This document shows, one piece after another, positions 58,646 to 64,000 of a stretch of 64,000 bases of DNA. This DNA comes from Cirrosporium novae-zelandiae (lineage: Eukaryota). The notes beneath the pieces were generated by a model, which ran no database searches, had not been told where the DNA came from, and saw only the letters and a program-made list of their open reading frames with translations. The stretch covers positions 1 to 64,000 of the forward strand of contig JAPETS010000008.1 of assembly GCA_026023565.1 (NCBI GenBank), written 5' to 3'. Position numbers and translations under genes: made by a program. Within the stretch, counting starts at the first letter, position 1. Each line of letters begins with the position of its first letter.

Positions 58646-61600
58646 ATGGCTAAAGAACGCCTACATGACCTCACATATGGTCAGGTAGGCGATGCTGTTT
58701 ATGACCCAGAATCTAAAGAATGGTCATTCAACCGTCGACCAGGCCAGGGTATGTCAAGTCCGTTTTGCGGTGCGAAGGTCAAGCTAACAGCCACCATTAG
58801 GAGGACAAATTATATTTCCTCTAGGAATCTCTACTACAGCCATACCAGCTACTTTGAGCTCTGAACCTGAAAAAATCGAATCGTATGAAGAACGTAGAAA
58901 AACCGAGCAGGAAACCCTAAAATATTTGAGACATAAATACCCAGAGCTAGTGCCCGCGACTAGCTTTCTCTTCAAGCCCTCAGAAGCCTCAGAACAGCTC
59001 ACTTCTGCGACCTCCGTATATGATCCTACTATTTCAGATAGGTTCGCATTTGGTCTAGCAACTGACTATGAAAACCAAAAGTCCGGTGGTCGAACAGTGC
59101 AAATTGGTGCGCTGGTGAGTGGAGGAGCTGGTGATACTCTGCTGCTGGTTCGACTCGAAGAGGAAAAATTATCATGGCCACAGTCAAAGGGTACAAAATT
59201 GAAATCGCCGACGTTGAAATCCGGTGAACAAGGATGGTGCCTAGGAAATCGTGGACCCATTCAACAAATAGTTTTTTCGCAGAATTCCGAGGCTGAGAAT
59301 GGGGGATGGTTAGCTGTTCGGTTACTTTCGTCTACGATTATATTCCGACCCATTTGGCGAAGACACGGAGTTCGTCCTGCTGCAACTACCCGAAATATCT
59401 ATGCAGATCGCAATATCTCTCCATCACGACTTGACGCCAATCCTGTGATAACAGTACCAATCGCTAAGACAGGATATGTTTCCCATGCCGATATATCGTT
59501 CAATCCGTGGTTTGAGAAGCAATTTGCAGTTATTGATCAAAAGGGCAGTTGGAGTATATGGACAATTACTGGGCAATGGAGAGCAAAGCAGGCGGATCTT
59601 CAGGCTGACCGCTCTGGCCATCTCTCTCCAACTCAGAATGGTCCCGAGAATTCAAGTTGGCACAGGATTCTCTGGGTTGGGAGCGTCAATACTCTAGTTG
59701 TCTGTAATCGACATCAAATAGATATATTGAATATCCATGGCGATGATACAGTCTCAATTAATGCCCCAGACCTCCGGCTATCTCAATTCTCGAACCGAGT
59801 CGTGGATGTCAAGAGGAGTCCAAAAGACTTTGGTGAATTTTTTGTGCTTACCTCGAGACAAATATTCTGGTTGAAATATCACGAGGGTGATGCTTTTGCC
59901 AAAGAGGCCGGCAGCAAGCGAGACACAGTACAGGTCTTGATGTCCTGGAAGCATAATCGCGATAATCAAGATCCTAGTCTGCGTATGGAGATTTCCCCCC
60001 TGAGAGATTGTAAGCCGACTCTTGATGATTACGTCTAGAGATAATAGAATACTAACTTTTATAGCGTGCCTTATACTTCTCTGTTCACAACTAAATCAAC
60101 TTATTACAATTCTCGAATTTTCAAGAGATCTAGAACAGCCTTTCACACCTTACTTGGTATCGGATCCTAGAGTTTTTGACCTTGGACAATCAGATAGGGA
60201 TTTTGTTGCACGTAACTGCTCTCTGCAGCTATTACCAGTGTCGTATGTTTCCCCATCAGCCTATCACTCGACCAAATACCCAACTTCAAACAAAGGGGCA
60301 CAATACAAAGAGCAAGGGGTTAGGTTCTATAAGCTCTTTAAACAAGATCATCAATTAGGGCTATACGAATCCCTATGTTACACCATGTCTTCGAATACAT
60401 GGCTGGGACTTCTCTCTGTTGATGAGCCCGTTGTGGTAGGTCGATCAACAGGCCCGAAGAGTTCTTTTAGAGTTATTGAGCATTTTCTCGCCGACGATGA
60501 TGAGGTGGATCTCCTGCAGCCATCGAGCAATCCATGGATTATTCCCAAACAAGATCCAGGTCCATGGACATTAAACCTAGAGAAAATCTACCAGTATCTC
60601 TCTGAGAAAAATGCTTCGCATCCCCCTGAAAAGTCATCTCTAGATATGAAAAGCTGTCTTGTTCATCTGCAAGAAATGATTATGAAGGAATTAAATGAAT
60701 ATCCTAGCTCCTCAGAATCTCTACTTGAGCTTCTAGGTCGTCAACTACGAGTCGTAGATGTTGATTCGGATTCCTCAGACTTGGAAATATACCTCCAAAG
60801 CTTAATCGAGGACCCTCCCAACATGTCATATTCACAAACTACGTCACGTTCAACGGAGTTGCTTTATCTAGACCCCCTAAATCTACCTGAATTAGCTTTA
60901 GAAGGCGACGCTTCGTTTCCTGTCCTATCACCGACCTACCATAGGCTTATGAATTCCTTCATGGCTCCGTTGTCGGATCAACTGCCCGGAAAGCTTCGCT
61001 TCGCTGTTGAGAAACACATTCGGCAAACAGCGGCGATGCTGTGTTTATCTGCAATTAGTGTTCATATCCACGACCCGACACTCGGCGACGAACAAGATCA
61101 CATCACCTCCCAGCCACAAGAACCCCAATCTCAAACCACAAAGGGCAAAGAAAGGGCCACCGAAAACCCGACCACCCCCTACATTTTCAACTCCTCCCCG
61201 CCACCATCCGCACAACCACCCCTGCTACCAACCCCCTCAGCAACCCCCTCCCTCCACTCCCTCCACTCCCTCCACTCAGACCGCACCTCCCCACCATCAT
61301 CCCCACCACTACCCCAACAACACCCAACACCAGAAACCGACTTCCTCCTCGCCCACCTCCACCAATACCTTCCAACCGCCCCCATAACCCTCCCATTCTC
61401 TAAAACCGACTCCGAAATCCTCGCCGACTGGGCCACAAACTCCGACCCCACATCCTCCTCCAACTCAAGCGTCAACTCAGAACCCACCCCAGATCCTGAA
61501 GAACTCAAACTCCAAGAACGCGCCCGCAAATACCTAGAACGCACCCGCCGCAAACAGCTAGCCCGAGCGCAAAACTCACCTTTCTCCTTTTTCAATAGTA

Positions 61601-61962
61601 GCACCCCCTTCATGATGACCACCAGCCAACAAACCGTCCCGGATGTTACATTTCCAACCACCAGCAGCCAGCTCAAAGAAGAACCAATGCCAATGCCAAT
61701 GCCAACACTTCCGGGAATCCCAAGCAACAGCAGCCAGATCTTCCTACCGCAAATAAGAACGGGGGGCATGACCTTACGTGATAATGGAATTGCTAGTAGC
61801 AGTCAGATTCCCCGGTTTGAGTCTGTGGCTAGTAATGGGATTGGGATTGGGATTGGTGGGTTTAGTAGTCAGTTGCTTCCGATGACGCAACAGGAGCCGG
61901 GGGCTTTTGGGGCGAGGAATATGAAGAAGAAAAAGAAGAAGAAGAGGGAGGATGGGTTTTAG
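58646..61962 (+). CDS. RRN6: RNA polymerase I core factor subunit Rrn6-like (3 exons)
   Basis: LTYGQVG.AVY...W.F.R; PIQQIVFS; LAVR; HADISFNPW..QFAVIDQKGSWSIW; LTSRQIFW; C-terminal QEPGAFG..KKKK..GF. Confidence 0.8.
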
Positions 61963-62977
61963 GGGGGGTTTGGGTTGGGTTGAATTTTTTTTTGTGAGAT
62001 GGAAATATGGGTTGGTTGGTTGGTTGGTTGGCTTGATCGGCCAGCTAATTCAGTTTGAATGGCTATCCTCCTTTCCTTTCCTTTCCGTTTCATAGCCCTG
62101 GCTCTACATATAGCTTATCCATTATCCATTATATTATACATGGCATAATTTACGACTGACGATTCAACAACTTAAACGAAAAATAAAATAAAAAAAATAA
62201 AATAAAATCCTAATTCTTTCTATAATCCTACATTATATATTATTTTTCTAAAAGTCTATATGTATATTGTGTCGAATTGAATCGAATTGAATCCCTCTCT
62301 CTATCGTTATTGTATTCCCTCGTTCCCCCATCCTTACCTAAGGAAAGGGCGGGGAGGATGTGAAGTTTGCTGTTTTATCGAACTTCTCTTTGACTTACTT
62401 GATATATAGTACTTTGCCGCTGTGTCAATTGATAGCGAATTGTGGGTTTATTGTTTGGGGGGTGGATTTAAATAGCTTGCATGGCTGGTTAGATGGATGG
62501 ATAAATGGATGGATTGGTCGCTTGGACGCTTGGACACAAAAATGGTTTGGAGGAATTGTTGAGAAGTATTCGTGAAATAAAGGTTGGGTGGGTAATGTTG
62601 CTCCAGCCATGTATGAGCGACTTTTCTTGTTCCATTATGTAGATATAGGATCGAGGTATCACGGGTCCCTGGTGAAGGCGCTGGAACTTGAAGTTGAAGA
62701 GGGCTGCAAGAATGAAATCGGTTGGTGGTCACTTTGCTGGATTTGAAGTCGCAGTTTATAACATCTTGTTTGAGCCGATAGACATGGGGTAATTTTTATT
62801 TCGAAATGCCTGGTAGTAAATTTCAGGTTCAGCTGGCACTTGATAAGGTAGTGAGCACTAACAGATACCTGTCTGCAGCATATGAGATGTGTAGTTGCGA
62901 TATAGGAAGGAAAACAATAATCCTTCGTACGGTTCATACCCGTGTTGGCGATTTGTTGCCTTGCATTGTATTCGCTG

Positions 62978-64000
62978 TTATATATTTGGCTCCCAGAGCA
63001 GGGCGTCATAGTCAGCACCTGTCACTGAATTTGTCCATAGATAGCTCAAATCGGTCATGTCAAGGTTCTCGAACCCTCTGAAGTTGAAGTCTGCTTCCAT
63101 TGGGTCAATGTAGCTGTTGTTGCTACCGACAAAGTTAATGGTATCATTGCTAGTCGTCATAGGTGCTGCTGGCCCTACTCCACCTTGGTTGATTTGATTT
63201 AGATGTGTGTTAAGGCCGAATTTCCCCTGAGTATTGTTGTTTTCAAATCCCGTTTTCGATCTCTCACCATTGTCCTTTAGTTGTTGGTTGAGACTATTCC
63301 TATCAAATGCCCTCTTCATCCCACTAGCACTTGTGTTCTTTTCTTCCCCTCTTATTGACTCTTCAGCTAAATCCGCCACTTTTTGAATCGCACGACTGCT
63401 GATGACCATTGGACCTTCGCCAGGAAGATGTTGGAAACATCGAAGACCTTCAGAAACACCGTCTAGACTTATTTTACACCGGGCGCGGTCTTCAGGGGCG
63501 CGGAATACATCGAAGAGAAGGGCCATGCAGGCACCTTCAAGAAAAAAACCACTGTACATCATGCGCTGAACGACGCCGAAATATTAGTAGGTATGATCAT
63601 TTTTTCTGGGCTGGAGAACCTACACGAATAAATGGCAGTCTCTCAAGCGCCTTAGAAAACATATATATAGAGTTTGATGCAGCCTGGCTACAGGTACAGC
63701 AGCCTTCGTCTAGCCATGGTAACGGCTGCACACGGACATCAGAGGCTATTGAAGATGCTGCTATATTTTTTCGTCGACGGATAGAGTCAATTATGAGACA
63801 TGGTCGGTAAGCTAATGTTAAAGTGTGAAAATAATCTAGAGGTGTCCTATTAGTTCTCCACCTTAAATATGATTACAATGGGAACTCACGAAAGGCTAGA
63901 ACGACTGTGCGATTGGTCAATGGAAATTCTGGATCCTGTAATTCTTCTTTAGTTAATGGAAACTTTAGAGGCTTTTCAAGATCTTGATGGAAATGTGCCA
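62978..64000 (-). CDS. C-terminal part of a fungal-specific (Zn2Cys6-type middle-homology-region) transcription factor; 5' end outside window
   Basis: Spliced: ..VVLAF|HYFHTLTLAYRPCLI..WLDEGC..C.QAA..|RMMYSGFFLEGACMALLFD..; acidic/aromatic tail. Confidence 0.65.

Overview
Gene-dense, intron-rich eukaryotic DNA from a filamentous ascomycete (Pezizomycotina-type GT-AG introns with CTRAC branch points). About 25 protein genes could be reconstructed by hand across introns. Recognisable genes: asparagine synthetase, UBC9, PEX19, a Mid2-like sensor, a DUF3433 membrane protein, a PQ-loop transporter, RPP1, a DUF2408/CUB1-like protein, an Aco2/AcoB-type aconitase, a DUR3-type urea/polyamine transporter, a type-B carboxylesterase, an APH-family kinase, DUF2293, DUF1763, a YFH7-like P-loop kinase, SPC25, RRN6 and the 3' part of a fungal transcription factor. 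There are also four small secreted proteins. Non-coding highlights: (1) an intact Pol III tRNA-like gene (4059-4172) with a non-canonical A32/G33 anticodon loop and a structured 43-nt insert; (2) a 315-bp solo LTR with a GGTTG target-site duplication; (3) two GC-AG introns sharing an identical 10-nt donor; (4) candidate 3'-UTR introns and uORFs; (5) microsatellite-rich islands with C-rich-to-G-rich skew flips. No CRISPR, rRNA or biosynthetic cluster was seen. All family assignments are from motif recognition, not database searches.
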